Below are positions 24,074 to 32,269 of a stretch of DNA of 64,000 nucleotides, one piece after another. Both the position numbers and the translations under genes were made by a program. Source of the stretch: a virus. Under the pieces are notes generated by a model that was not told where the DNA came from, did no database searches, and was given only the letters and a program-made list of their open reading frames with translations. Location of the stretch: positions 1-64,000 of IMG/VR virus record IMGVR_UViG_3300027917_000032; one strand, given 5' to 3'. Each line of letters starts with the position of its first letter. Within the stretch, counting starts at the first letter, position 1.

Positions 24074-26605
24074 TTAAAGGGACCACTCAGATTCGATAGC
24101 TGCAAGATCAGCTTCGTCTTGGGCAGCGAACTCCAATTCGCAATCTGGTTCTGGCACGCCAAAGCTACCAGTTGCGCCTTCGTCAAGCGCTGCAGCCAGT
24201 TGACTCTCGATTCCTTGTCCATCGGTTTCCTCCGGGGGTTTGATGTGTACTAAATCCGAACCGCTGCCTTTTTCGCCCCAGTTTTCCAGCTTCTTAAACC
24301 ACTTCATGCCGATCAGCGGCACCTGGGGGCGGTACTCTTCGACCGCTTTCTCCACAATGGCAGCCACTTCATCCTCGTGACCTGGCCGCGTTACACACAT
24401 GATTTCGTCGTGGACGTTCATTGGAGCCACAATCCAGTCACTAACACCCGCAGGCTGCACGTCCCAGATACGCCGCTGCACGCGCTTCGTAATCTGAGCA
24501 CCGGGGGACTGGATTAAGTGGTTGTTGGCCGCGCGGGTGTTGCCAGCTTGAATCTGAAACGCCGCCCCGTAGATCGCGGACGATGTAGCACCGGCGACGC
24601 GCTGCTCGCGGTCGCGTCGCACCACTTTCAGATCGACCTTGTTCCAATGCTTCGGCGGGCGACGGGCCAAATTGAAAAGCTCTTTCGAGACGCGGTTCTC
24701 CAGCGTAAAGTAGCGGCGGAAACCAAGGAACGTCTCGGAGTAGTCATCCGGTTCGGTCCAGGTGATTGCAGTGCCGATACCTTCGGGTTGCTTCAACGCT
24801 TGGAACCGGGCAAATACATCCTCGCGGGACCGTTTGATACCGGGGTACTGCCGCTGGAATCGCACGAACGCTTCTTCGGCCACGGCAAGCGGAATAGCCA
24901 GCTTGTTGTGAATCGTGTTATGATCGCCGCCGTACAGCATAGCAAACACCGCTTGCTTGCCACGGGTATACATATCCAACTCTTTGTCCCCGTCCGACGC
25001 CAGAATCTCCTCATACGACGTACCGGGGTAAATAGCCTGCCCCATCAGAGCGTGAATCTTCTTACCCGAAAGCAACGCGGCCCTCAGAGCGGGGTCTTTG
25101 AACACAGCGTCGGCCAACGTGACTTCAAACGAATCGAAGTCACCGCCGCACAGAACCATCCCGTCCCACGCCAGCGGGAACATGCGTCGCACTTCTTCGG
25201 AGTGCTTGATACCTTGAGCGTTCAGCCCGTCGCCGCCCGACATGCGGGAGGAGAGCGTACCGATAACCTTAAAGCTCGCGTGAAAGCGGCCAGCCTTAAT
25301 CAGTTTGCTATGTAGCTCGACTTCTTTCGCGGCTTGTTTAATCTCCAGAATCTCCCGCGCTCGCTCTGAAGCAGGCATGGGGCCAAGATCAAGCTCGCCC
25401 TTGCCACGACAGCGGAGACAGCCATCCCCGAAACACTTGATACAAAGTTCGCCCGGCTCCTCCACAACCATTTCGTCGCGGATTTGCTCCAGGTTACTTT
25501 TCTTCGTAGAGTCATCAATCAGCAACGACTCCGTATCATCCATGCAATCACGAATGTATCGCCGCACTTGATCGGGTTTATTGATATTCACGGGCGACCG
25601 TGCGACAATTGCCTGCGCCTTTGCAAGAAGCTCTTTCGTTTGATCGGTGTCCACCACGAAACCGTGCCAGCGGACAGCCGCCACCATGCAGGAAAGCACG
25701 CTGTCATCGTCGCCCGGCTCGGGATGACCGAAGTGTTCGTCCAGCAGACGTGTGTACTTCACGTCGTCGCGGGCGTAACGACGCGCCTCTTCGTTTACGG
25801 CCCAGTATTGAATGTGTTTGTCGATTACGGCGGGCCATGCGTAGCCTTTAGAATCGCCATGCTTATCAAAGCACTCCCAGCCCTTATCAGGCGACGAAAC
25901 ACCGAGGGCGTAGGGAACGTAGCCAAGCTCAAAGGGACGATACTCTGGCGGAACCTCCACGTCTTTGAACGAGTGAAATTCTGGGTTGAGCCCCAGCGCA
26001 TACTCGGCCAGGTATTTGAGGCCGCCAGCCGGATTGAACATGAGACACACGTCTTTGAAGTCGGGGTCAATCTCGCCCTTCTTGTTCTTCCGGTCGTACA
26101 CCTGCCACTTCGGGGCGTTAGTGTCACGCCGCTTGGCAAAGAGGATGCCGTCAAGCTCCACCCGCTCCTCAAGCTCTTTCGCTAATGCACCCGCAAGCAC
26201 CGTGGGCACTTTGCGAATACGAACCGGGTCGCGGCTCATCAGGCATTGATACTTGTCCTGCCGAGAAATGAGCATCAGGTCAAGAGCCGACGCCGGTTTG
26301 ACGCACGGGCCGTCTCTACCCATCGGCTCCATTTCCGCAACCAGCGGGATGTTCGTCGCCGGGACCAGATCGGGCGGCAGCAGACGGAAGATGGTATAGA
26401 GCTTGCACAGATGAAACATATCGAAGCTGAGGTTGAAGCCAACCATCGCATATTGCATCAACTCTTCGATCAGGTCGCAAGACTCATGGGCCGGGCGGGT
26501 CCAGGGTTCAAACAGTTGAATCTCGCCGTCATCAATCGCGTACTGAATCAACACGGGCAGCCCGTGAAATCCACACGTCTCGCTGTCGAGGTAGAGTTTC
26601 TTCAC
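24074..26605 (-). CDS. DNA polymerase family A with 3'-5' exonuclease
   Basis: Exo DSET / GFNLSFD / YARDD; pol motifs DFDSFE, KQAVFAMLYG, NVHDEI; GTG start with GGAGGAG. Confidence 0.93.
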   Translation of the reverse strand: MKKLYLDSETCGFHGLPVLIQYAIDDGEIQLFEPWTRPAHESCDLIEELMQYAMVGFNLSFDMFHLCKLYTIFRLLPPDLVPATNIPLVAEMEPMGRDGPCVKPASALDLMLISRQDKYQCLMSRDPVRIRKVPTVLAGALAKELEERVELDGILFAKRRDTNAPKWQVYDRKNKKGEIDPDFKDVCLMFNPAGGLKYLAEYALGLNPEFHSFKDVEVPPEYRPFELGYVPYALGVSSPDKGWECFDKHGDSKGYAWPAVIDKHIQYWAVNEEARRYARDDVKYTRLLDEHFGHPEPGDDDSVLSCMVAAVRWHGFVVDTDQTKELLAKAQAIVARSPVNINKPDQVRRYIRDCMDDTESLLIDDSTKKSNLEQIRDEMVVEEPGELCIKCFGDGCLRCRGKGELDLGPMPASERAREILEIKQAAKEVELHSKLIKAGRFHASFKVIGTLSSRMSGGDGLNAQGIKHSEEVRRMFPLAWDGMVLCGGDFDSFEVTLADAVFKDPALRAALLSGKKIHALMGQAIYPGTSYEEILASDGDKELDMYTRGKQAVFAMLYGGDHNTIHNKLAIPLAVAEEAFVRFQRQYPGIKRSREDVFARFQALKQPEGIGTAITWTEPDDYSETFLGFRRYFTLENRVSKELFNLARRPPKHWNKVDLKVVRRDREQRVAGATSSAIYGAAFQIQAGNTRAANNHLIQSPGAQITKRVQRRIWDVQPAGVSDWIVAPMNVHDEIMCVTRPGHEDEVAAIVEKAVEEYRPQVPLIGMKWFKKLENWGEKGSGSDLVHIKPPEETDGQGIESQLAAALDEGATGSFGVPEPDCELEFAAQDEADLAAIESEWSL

Positions 26606-26802
26606 AGAATCTCCTCCCAAGGAATCTCGGTCGCTTTATCCGGCTGACCGTCACGAAACCGCAGCACAGTCCAAATGCGTTGGTCGGGCGGCTCGGGCGA
26701 CTGCTTGAGCCACCGTACCATTTCACGCTTCACCGTCCACGCCCCAATAACGCGGTAGGTGTTGTAGTTGTAGAACAACCAAATATAGCGGGCTCTTGCC
26801 AT
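26602..26802 (-). CDS. hypothetical protein
   Basis: AGGAG RBS; GTGA overlap with the polymerase. Confidence 0.6.
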   Translation of the reverse strand: MARARYIWLFYNYNTYRVIGAWTVKREMVRWLKQSPEPPDQRIWTVLRFRDGQPDKATEIPWEEIL

Positions 26803-26811
26803 TGGACTCTC

Positions 26812-27072
26812 CTAGAATCTCGGCGCAGACACGATTCTGTACTTAAACTTGAAACCTTCATCTGTTTCCGTAACAATAATGGTATCACTATCCAAGTCAA
26901 CCGAAACCGACAGGGTATCAGGGTGCCCGCCGATATTTCGCAGATGGTGGTGATACGCTATTTGTCGGCACTGCCGCTTATCGGTTGTATAACCAGCCGA
27001 CAGGATTATATCGCCCATCGACCCAGCGATAAGGAAGATAATATCGCTCATGTTCTCTCCTGGTTTAGTCAC
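26812..27072 (-). CDS. hypothetical protein
   Basis: Packed ORF. Confidence 0.5.
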   Translation of the reverse strand: MTKPGENMSDIIFLIAGSMGDIILSAGYTTDKRQCRQIAYHHHLRNIGGHPDTLSVSVDLDSDTIIVTETDEGFKFKYRIVSAPRF

Positions 27073-27124
27073 CCTAACAGCGATCTTAATGGGTATTTCG
27101 GGGTTCCTGGTTTGGTGACGGCTA

Positions 27125-27382
27125 CTATGAACCCTTGTTCGCCAACTCCGCGAGTACGTCGCCGTGGCACGGCTTAGGCTTACACCAACAGCCCAGCCGC
27201 TTACCTTTGAGGAAGCTCAGTTGGGCCATCAAGTGTGGCTGCGTCGGCACCCACGCCCGGTACTTCTCGACACACTCCTCCTGCGTGCCGTCTCGCCCCA
27301 CGATGAAGGGATTACCCCACTGCCCAGGGCGGCCAATGTAAACATCATAGTCATCGCGGCGGCAATTAACCACGGTTGTCAT
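27125..27382 (-). CDS. DUF4326 family protein
   Basis: DVYIGRP..WGNPF, GKRLGCWCKPKPCHGDVL. Confidence 0.9.
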   Translation of the reverse strand: MTTVVNCRRDDYDVYIGRPGQWGNPFIVGRDGTQEECVEKYRAWVPTQPHLMAQLSFLKGKRLGCWCKPKPCHGDVLAELANKGS

Positions 27383-27614
27383 CGTCTACCTCAATGATAT
27401 AGTCGATCATGTCGCGGAGCATCAGTAGGTTTTCCTTTGTTTGAGCCATCTGATACTTTTCCAGGTCCAAGCACGTCGCCTTACTTAGCCACTCATCTAG
27501 CGACCAAGCCGGGTTAAAATTCATCGCGGCCCCGCTTAAAACAAACGAGACGCGCGTGCCCGCCGAAGGAACGTCGTACTTAAATTGAATCGTCATCGAA
27601 CACTCCACGGTCAA
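27366..27614 (-). CDS. hypothetical protein
   Basis: Packed ORF. Confidence 0.5.
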   Translation of the reverse strand: MTVECSMTIQFKYDVPSAGTRVSFVLSGAAMNFNPAWSLDEWLSKATCLDLEKYQMAQTKENLLMLRDMIDYIIEVDDDNRG

Positions 27615-27762
27615 TTGCCTTCTCCAGATACTCGGCCAACCTGTTCAGCATCTTCTCGATTTCCACGCGGGTTGCGTCAATGTCGGTATCCTCCATCACT
27701 GGCTTAGCCGACGCATCGTAGAGGTAGTAGTAGACGAGGATTTGCATGTCGTCGCGCGTCAT
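27580..27762 (-). CDS. hypothetical protein
   Basis: GGAG RBS. Confidence 0.5.
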   Translation of the reverse strand: MTRDDMQILVYYYLYDASAKPVMEDTDIDATRVEIEKMLNRLAEYLEKAIDRGVFDDDSI

Positions 27763-27907
27763 TGGAGTCTCCGAATCTCTTGGTTGACTTCTGCCAACCG
27801 CTCTTTCAGTTTCGTCACGTCTTGCCGGAAGTACGCGCGCTCAATGGCGTGCTCGATTGCCTCTTGCTCAATCAGAAGTTCCTTCAGCCGCAGGAATTTG
27901 TCTCGCA

Positions 27908-28288
27908 TCACTCTTCCCATAGCTCGTATTCATAGCTATCATTCGGGCCACGCAACTTAACTCCCAGCACGGGGGCCGTTCTCAGGATGCCTCTTCGGCG
28001 TTTCCGAAGCACCATCTTCAAACCGTACCCTATAATCTCAGGGAGGAAAATACCTGTCTCTGGGTCCATGCTGCCGAGTACAATGGCTTTGTCACGGGGC
28101 CAGAAGATTCGCTCGCTGGCGAAAATAACTACCCCTCTTTCGGGGGTGCCCACTTCAAGCTCATAGTGGTCGTCGGACATGGTAATCGCCACCCGCGTTT
28201 TTCGGGCCAATTTCCGCACGTTCACGCAGCCGTGGTCCCGGTGCCATGCTAGAAGCTCGGCTTGCTTTTTCAGGAGTTTGTTTCGCAT
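27908..28288 (-). CDS. hypothetical protein
   Basis: Packed ORF. Confidence 0.6.
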   Translation of the reverse strand: MRNKLLKKQAELLAWHRDHGCVNVRKLARKTRVAITMSDDHYELEVGTPERGVVIFASERIFWPRDKAIVLGSMDPETGIFLPEIIGYGLKMVLRKRRRGILRTAPVLGVKLRGPNDSYEYELWEE

Positions 28289-28290
28289 AG

Positions 28291-29058
28291 TTACTCTTCA
28301 GTGCAAGTTTCATGCCAAAGTTGGTCATCGGTCAAAAACCCCGCTGCCCATGAAAGAGCATCGTAAGGATGCGGAAAAACACCGGCCATGTTTAATTTTG
28401 TCAACATTGTGACGATTTCCCGCCTCGACCGCGAGGAGCGCCGCGACGCCAGCAGTGTTCGTCCTTTGACGCCGCGACTACGCGCCGCCTCAATTTCCGT
28501 AGCCAATATAGCCTGATCCTTTGGACTTGTTCGGTAGAACTTCAACAAGTCTCTCATGCCGAACACGCCCGCAGCAACTTTGTCTTGTATCTCTTGAGAT
28601 AGCTCGCGGATTCGCCACCGCACCATCACCCACAGATAAGACTTGCATAACTCTTTAGCAATATGGGTAATTGGCACATCGTCGGAGTAGTTTTTCCACA
28701 AAGCCCGCGCTTCTTCAATAAGCGTCAAGTCTTTGCGCTCTAGGTTCTCCACAAGATTCAGTAACGATGCGGCTTCTGGCGTTAGCCCTGTCAACACTGT
28801 TGCCGCGATGGTTGACCACTTTAACAGGTACTTTGCCGCCGTGTAGCGTCTATGCCCAGCGATAATACGAAACTCGTAGTCGCCCTCCCACGGCTGCACT
28901 AGAATGGGCATTTGTAACCCGTGCTGCTTCATACTAGCGGCAAGCTCAGCACATGATTGCGGAGTGACCACGCTGCGACAGTTGAAGTCGGGATCGAGAT
29001 AAATAGCCGACAGCGGAAGCTCCAGCGTCTTATACTCGTCAAGTTCCGTATACTTCAT
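28291..29058 (-). CDS. ParB/Srx N-terminal domain protein with HTH
   Basis: FNCR, LA.SM..HGL..PILV, IIAGHRRY, ENLERKDL. Confidence 0.88.
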   Translation of the reverse strand: MKYTELDEYKTLELPLSAIYLDPDFNCRSVVTPQSCAELAASMKQHGLQMPILVQPWEGDYEFRIIAGHRRYTAAKYLLKWSTIAATVLTGLTPEAASLLNLVENLERKDLTLIEEARALWKNYSDDVPITHIAKELCKSYLWVMVRWRIRELSQEIQDKVAAGVFGMRDLLKFYRTSPKDQAILATEIEAARSRGVKGRTLLASRRSSRSRREIVTMLTKLNMAGVFPHPYDALSWAAGFLTDDQLWHETCTEE

Positions 29059-29411
29059 GGAAAGAGCCGATTGATCGTCACTTCAGGTGTCCAACTAATC
29101 CACGGCTTCTTTGCCGCCTCAAACTTCTTCGTGGATTCCATGTACCAACGCGCCGTGCGGCGACCGTTTCCATGATCGACAATCTCACGGTCATACTCCT
29201 TCATCATAGCGTCATCAATGCAATCCCGAAACGCGGTGTGGAGAATAGCAATCAAGCCGTGAATAACCAACTCCACGTCGAATGATCTGCGACCATCTTC
29301 ATAAGAAGTCAGCCGATGGGCGAGCATCGTCGTCAAGGTGGGGCAGTCGAGCCCCTGCGGATCGTCTGTGCCAACCCGAAACTTGAGGGTCACTTCGTAG
29401 TCCTGCATCAT
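29055..29411 (-). CDS. hypothetical protein
   Basis: ATGA overlaps. Confidence 0.6.
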   Translation of the reverse strand: MMQDYEVTLKFRVGTDDPQGLDCPTLTTMLAHRLTSYEDGRRSFDVELVIHGLIAILHTAFRDCIDDAMMKEYDREIVDHGNGRRTARWYMESTKKFEAAKKPWISWTPEVTINRLFP

Positions 29412-29761
29412 CGCGCTTTCTCCGGGAGTATGATTCTCAGTTGGAGGTACATCGTATTCTTCCCGCCTAGCTTCCGCCGAGTCTGACAGACAAGAGTGCC
29501 ATCCGGGTTCTTGTTCCACTTAGCTCCAATCAAACGGAGATTGTTGGTAATCCGCTCACGCAACGATACTTGGTGAGCGGCGTTCTTAGCCGACCACTCC
29601 AGTAGCAAATCGTAGGGCTTACGGCTCGGGCGAATCTTATCGGGCGTGGGAAAGTTGCCCGGCAGGTGATCGTGGAGCGTCTGCACCAGCCGAATCGCCT
29701 TCATCAATTTGCCAGCTTCATAAGTGAAGGCTTCAATGGTTTCAAGATACTTAGCGTTCAT
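29408..29761 (-). CDS. hypothetical protein
   Basis: Packed ORF. Confidence 0.6.
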   Translation of the reverse strand: MNAKYLETIEAFTYEAGKLMKAIRLVQTLHDHLPGNFPTPDKIRPSRKPYDLLLEWSAKNAAHQVSLRERITNNLRLIGAKWNKNPDGTLVCQTRRKLGGKNTMYLQLRIILPEKAR

Positions 29762-29813
29762 TCTTCGTAGTACACTCCATAGCCAAGTCGTTCGGATTCG
29801 CCATATTTAAGCA

Positions 29814-30083
29814 TCAAACGCCCCCGATCTGCGGAGGTTCCGACAGTAGATAACCGCTTAGCGACTCAAACTTTTTCTCTGTGCCGATAGGCAACGCGAC
29901 ACGGTATACTGCGTCGCGGTATTGATCGGGCATATCGGCTGTTCCGAATACGCAGGAACTTGTCAAGATGCCCCGGCACTTGATAAGAGCTTGAAACACT
30001 CGGGCAACCGAAGTCTTACCGAGATTAGGCGGGCGTGTAGTAAATTCTTCGCCAACATCCCAATACCGATAGAGTTGCCCCAA
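29814..30083 (-). CDS. hypothetical protein; start uncertain, must lie downstream of tRNA-Thr
   Basis: C-terminal part of the ORF-track entry 29814..30224. Confidence 0.45.
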   Translation of the reverse strand: MGQLYRYWDVGEEFTTRPPNLGKTSVARVFQALIKCRGILTSSCVFGTADMPDQYRDAVYRVALPIGTEKKFESLSGYLLSEPPQIGGV

Positions 30084-30091
30084 CCGCTCAA

Positions 30092-30164
30092 AGCTGCGGG
30101 TGAGAGTCGAACTCACAACCTGCGGATTACAAATCCGCTGCTCTGCCAGTTGAGCTACCGCAGC
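30092..30164 (-). tRNA. tRNA-Thr (TGT)
   Basis: GCTGCGG/CCGCAGC, GCGGA-TTTGTAA-TCCGC, TTCGACT. Confidence 0.95.
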
Positions 30165-30169
30165 GCCAT

Positions 30170-30331
30170 TCATCTGTTCATCTTTGCTCGGCACCATTGG
30201 CATACCTTTTTGTACGGGCCACACGGAGCCAGGTGGACACAGTACGTTCGCCAGCGGCTAAGGTACTCAACAATGCCGCCCTTGCGCCCGCATAGTTCAC
30301 ACTTCTGTTCACACTTCTGTTCATCTTTCAT
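30170..30331 (-). CDS. small Cys-rich protein starting 2 nt after the tRNA-Asn discriminator
   Basis: MKDEQKCEQKCELC...CQWC. Confidence 0.5.
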   Translation of the reverse strand: MKDEQKCEQKCELCGRKGGIVEYLSRWRTYCVHLAPCGPYKKVCQWCRAKMNR

Positions 30332-30333
30332 AG

Positions 30334-30406
30334 CTGTGCAGGCAGGGCTCGAACCTGCGACGACCGGATTAACAGTCCGGGGCTCTACCAACTGAGCTAC
30401 TGCACA
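30334..30406 (-). tRNA. tRNA-Asn (GTT)
   Basis: TGTGCAG/CTGCACA, CCGGA-CTGTTAA-TCCGG, TTCGAGC. Confidence 0.95.
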
Positions 30407-30411
30407 GTAAG

Positions 30412-30485
30412 TCACGCGGGGAGGGATCGAACCTCCGTCTCTCCCGTACAATCGGAAGGCTTTGCTCTCTTTAAGCTACCGCGTG
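30412..30485 (-). tRNA. tRNA-like gene with 6-nt anticodon loop, isotype undetermined
   Basis: CACGCGG/CCGCGTG, GCTT/AAGC, TTCCG-ATTGTA-CGGGA, GGAGG-TTCGATC-CCTCC. Confidence 0.7.
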
Positions 30486-30623
30486 ATAGGCTTGCGTGGC
30501 GGGTGGTGTTTCACTTATCGGGCGTCGCCAGTTTCAGCCAGTCAGCACCTACGCTGGCGGGGACTGTTACCCTCCCACCTACTCTACACGACCACGCTCG
30601 GTCACGACCTTCCGCCTACCTTA

Positions 30624-30651
30624 ATCATATCACACTAATCCTGCTTGTCAA
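30624..30651 (-). promoter_or_regulatory. sigma70-type promoter for the second tRNA cluster
   Basis: TTGACA-N16-TATGAT with TG extension. Confidence 0.75.
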
Positions 30652-31198
30652 GCAATTTCCGCCGCATCCGGTAGATTATTTGGTCATACCCGCCCACGGG
30701 CAACTCTTTGCAGTAGGCGAGAAGTAGATTAAGCTCGTCCAGTCCGTAGTATTCCCTCCACGGGCGTTTACCGGGTGTCGCGCCTACTGTGGGTAGCTCT
30801 ATAAAGGGGATGCCCATACTTCCGAAGAAGGTGTCCAGATCATGCTGCAAAGCCTCATAATGCAGATGAGTACGAGTGTAATGGTTATGCAGAAAGAGCA
30901 GGTTGTAGGGATCGCGGCAGTTCTGTAACAACTGCTTCAGATACCCGGCAAGGTCGAGTCCTGGGAGGCTCAGCAACCACTTTGTCACGAGAATGTCGGC
31001 AGGATTGCGAACAACGCTAAAGGGATAACATTTGCTCAGTCCATGCACGCCACGCCTTTTAAGGTCTTTAAGCGTAGAGTGATGCGAACCAACCTCGTGA
31101 CTGTCCGTATGTTGAAGCAGCGCATTACGCAAGGCACGGGACGCGGTATGCGGCTCAGCCAGAAACAGGTAACGATAACGACGATTGATTACGGCCAT
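30635..31198 (-). CDS. sulfotransferase-family (Sulfotransfer_2-like) protein
   Basis: YLFLAEPHTAS, FSVVRNP.D, HYE.LQ.DL, WREYY. Confidence 0.7.
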   Translation of the reverse strand: MAVINRRYRYLFLAEPHTASRALRNALLQHTDSHEVGSHHSTLKDLKRRGVHGLSKCYPFSVVRNPADILVTKWLLSLPGLDLAGYLKQLLQNCRDPYNLLFLHNHYTRTHLHYEALQHDLDTFFGSMGIPFIELPTVGATPGKRPWREYYGLDELNLLLAYCKELPVGGYDQIIYRMRRKLLDKQD

Positions 31199-31205
31199 TG
31201 TTTCC

Positions 31206-31742
31206 TCAGAACTTGTAACGACAGTGATGAAGTTCGTCCAAGAAGTATTCCTTCACCCACATACGCTCAGGACGCTTGTAGAATATCTGATAAGGTGCGC
31301 CGTCACGAGCCGAGTCGGTTACGCGAGGTAGGTCAAGCGGAGCCATGCCCGCTTTAACCAACGCCTGATCGAAGTCAGCTTGCAACTGCTCGTATCGCAT
31401 CCATGTGTTGACATGATGCGCACCAATCCACCAGAGCCGGTGGTCTTGAACGAAGTGTGGACTATTCTCAACAAAACGTGGAAGAAAGTCAATCAGCGGC
31501 GTCATCGCCCTGGCTTTCCGCTCCAGCTTGAACCACCACGAGATGAGGGCGTCGTAATGGTTCCGCACCGTTGAGCACACGGTCCAGTCGGGTCCAATCT
31601 CATAGTCAGAGTCATCGGGCGTCGTATGGTGCGAGCCGATCAGCACCGCGCCACGATGCTCTTTCAACGCTCGGGCAACCGCTTTGCTCCCCGTGCGTGG
31701 CGCAGCGATGTAACAGAACTTCCATTCAGGAATCACATACAT
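31206..31742 (-). CDS. sulfotransferase-family (Sulfotransfer_2-like) protein
   Basis: FCYIAAPRTGS, STVRNHYD..IS, RYEQLQADF, YQIFY. Confidence 0.7.
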   Translation of the reverse strand: MYVIPEWKFCYIAAPRTGSKAVARALKEHRGAVLIGSHHTTPDDSDYEIGPDWTVCSTVRNHYDALISWWFKLERKARAMTPLIDFLPRFVENSPHFVQDHRLWWIGAHHVNTWMRYEQLQADFDQALVKAGMAPLDLPRVTDSARDGAPYQIFYKRPERMWVKEYFLDELHHCRYKF

Positions 31743-32082
31743 CGTAAAGCTCCTCCACAACTTTCTGCATCGCGGCTCTAGCCTTTACCCACAAGCCGCG
31801 CAGCTTTCGATCCTTGATGCGTGCCGCTGGAACCAGTGAGTAAATGCTAAATCCGATGCCTTCATAAGCTACAATCTCCCGAACGTCGCCCACGTCCAGC
31901 GGACCTTTGGGCGGGTTGGGCATTTCAATCGCAGGCATACCTCTCGGCATATCCGCCACCCACCCGCCAGGCTCAGGGACCAGCGGGTGAGCGCGTTTGT
32001 CGGTGAAGTCAAAGCCACAGTCGCACTGCTTCTTGCGGGTGCCGTGCTTGGCTTGACACTCGGGGCAGATTTTCTTAGGCAT
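31726..32082 (-). CDS. zinc-ribbon protein
   Basis: CPEC...CDCG. Confidence 0.65.
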   Translation of the reverse strand: MPKKICPECQAKHGTRKKQCDCGFDFTDKRAHPLVPEPGGWVADMPRGMPAIEMPNPPKGPLDVGDVREIVAYEGIGFSIYSLVPAARIKDRKLRGLWVKARAAMQKVVEELYDVCDS

Positions 32083-32269
32083 CCAGCTTTCCCAACTTGC
32101 CCTCGTCTCTCAGCGTGACCAGACACAGTGCGCACACGGACAGCGACGTGACAATCTCTGTGCCACGCCCGCCATTCTTATAGCGTACCGGGCGTGTCTC
32201 AGTGACCGCACGGATTAGCTTAGTGCCGTGCGGAACTTGCTTGCCGCAGTTTTCACAGCGATAGCTCAT
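32075..32269 (-). CDS. small zinc-finger protein
   Basis: CENC...CALC. Confidence 0.6.
   Translation of the reverse strand: MSYRCENCGKQVPHGTKLIRAVTETRPVRYKNGGRGTEIVTSLSVCALCLVTLRDEGKLGKLDA

Noticed and set aside
29814-30451. Long forms of ORFs 29814..30224 and 30170..30451
   Set aside because: Their N-terminal parts are translations of tRNA-Thr, tRNA-Asn and the tRNA-like gene
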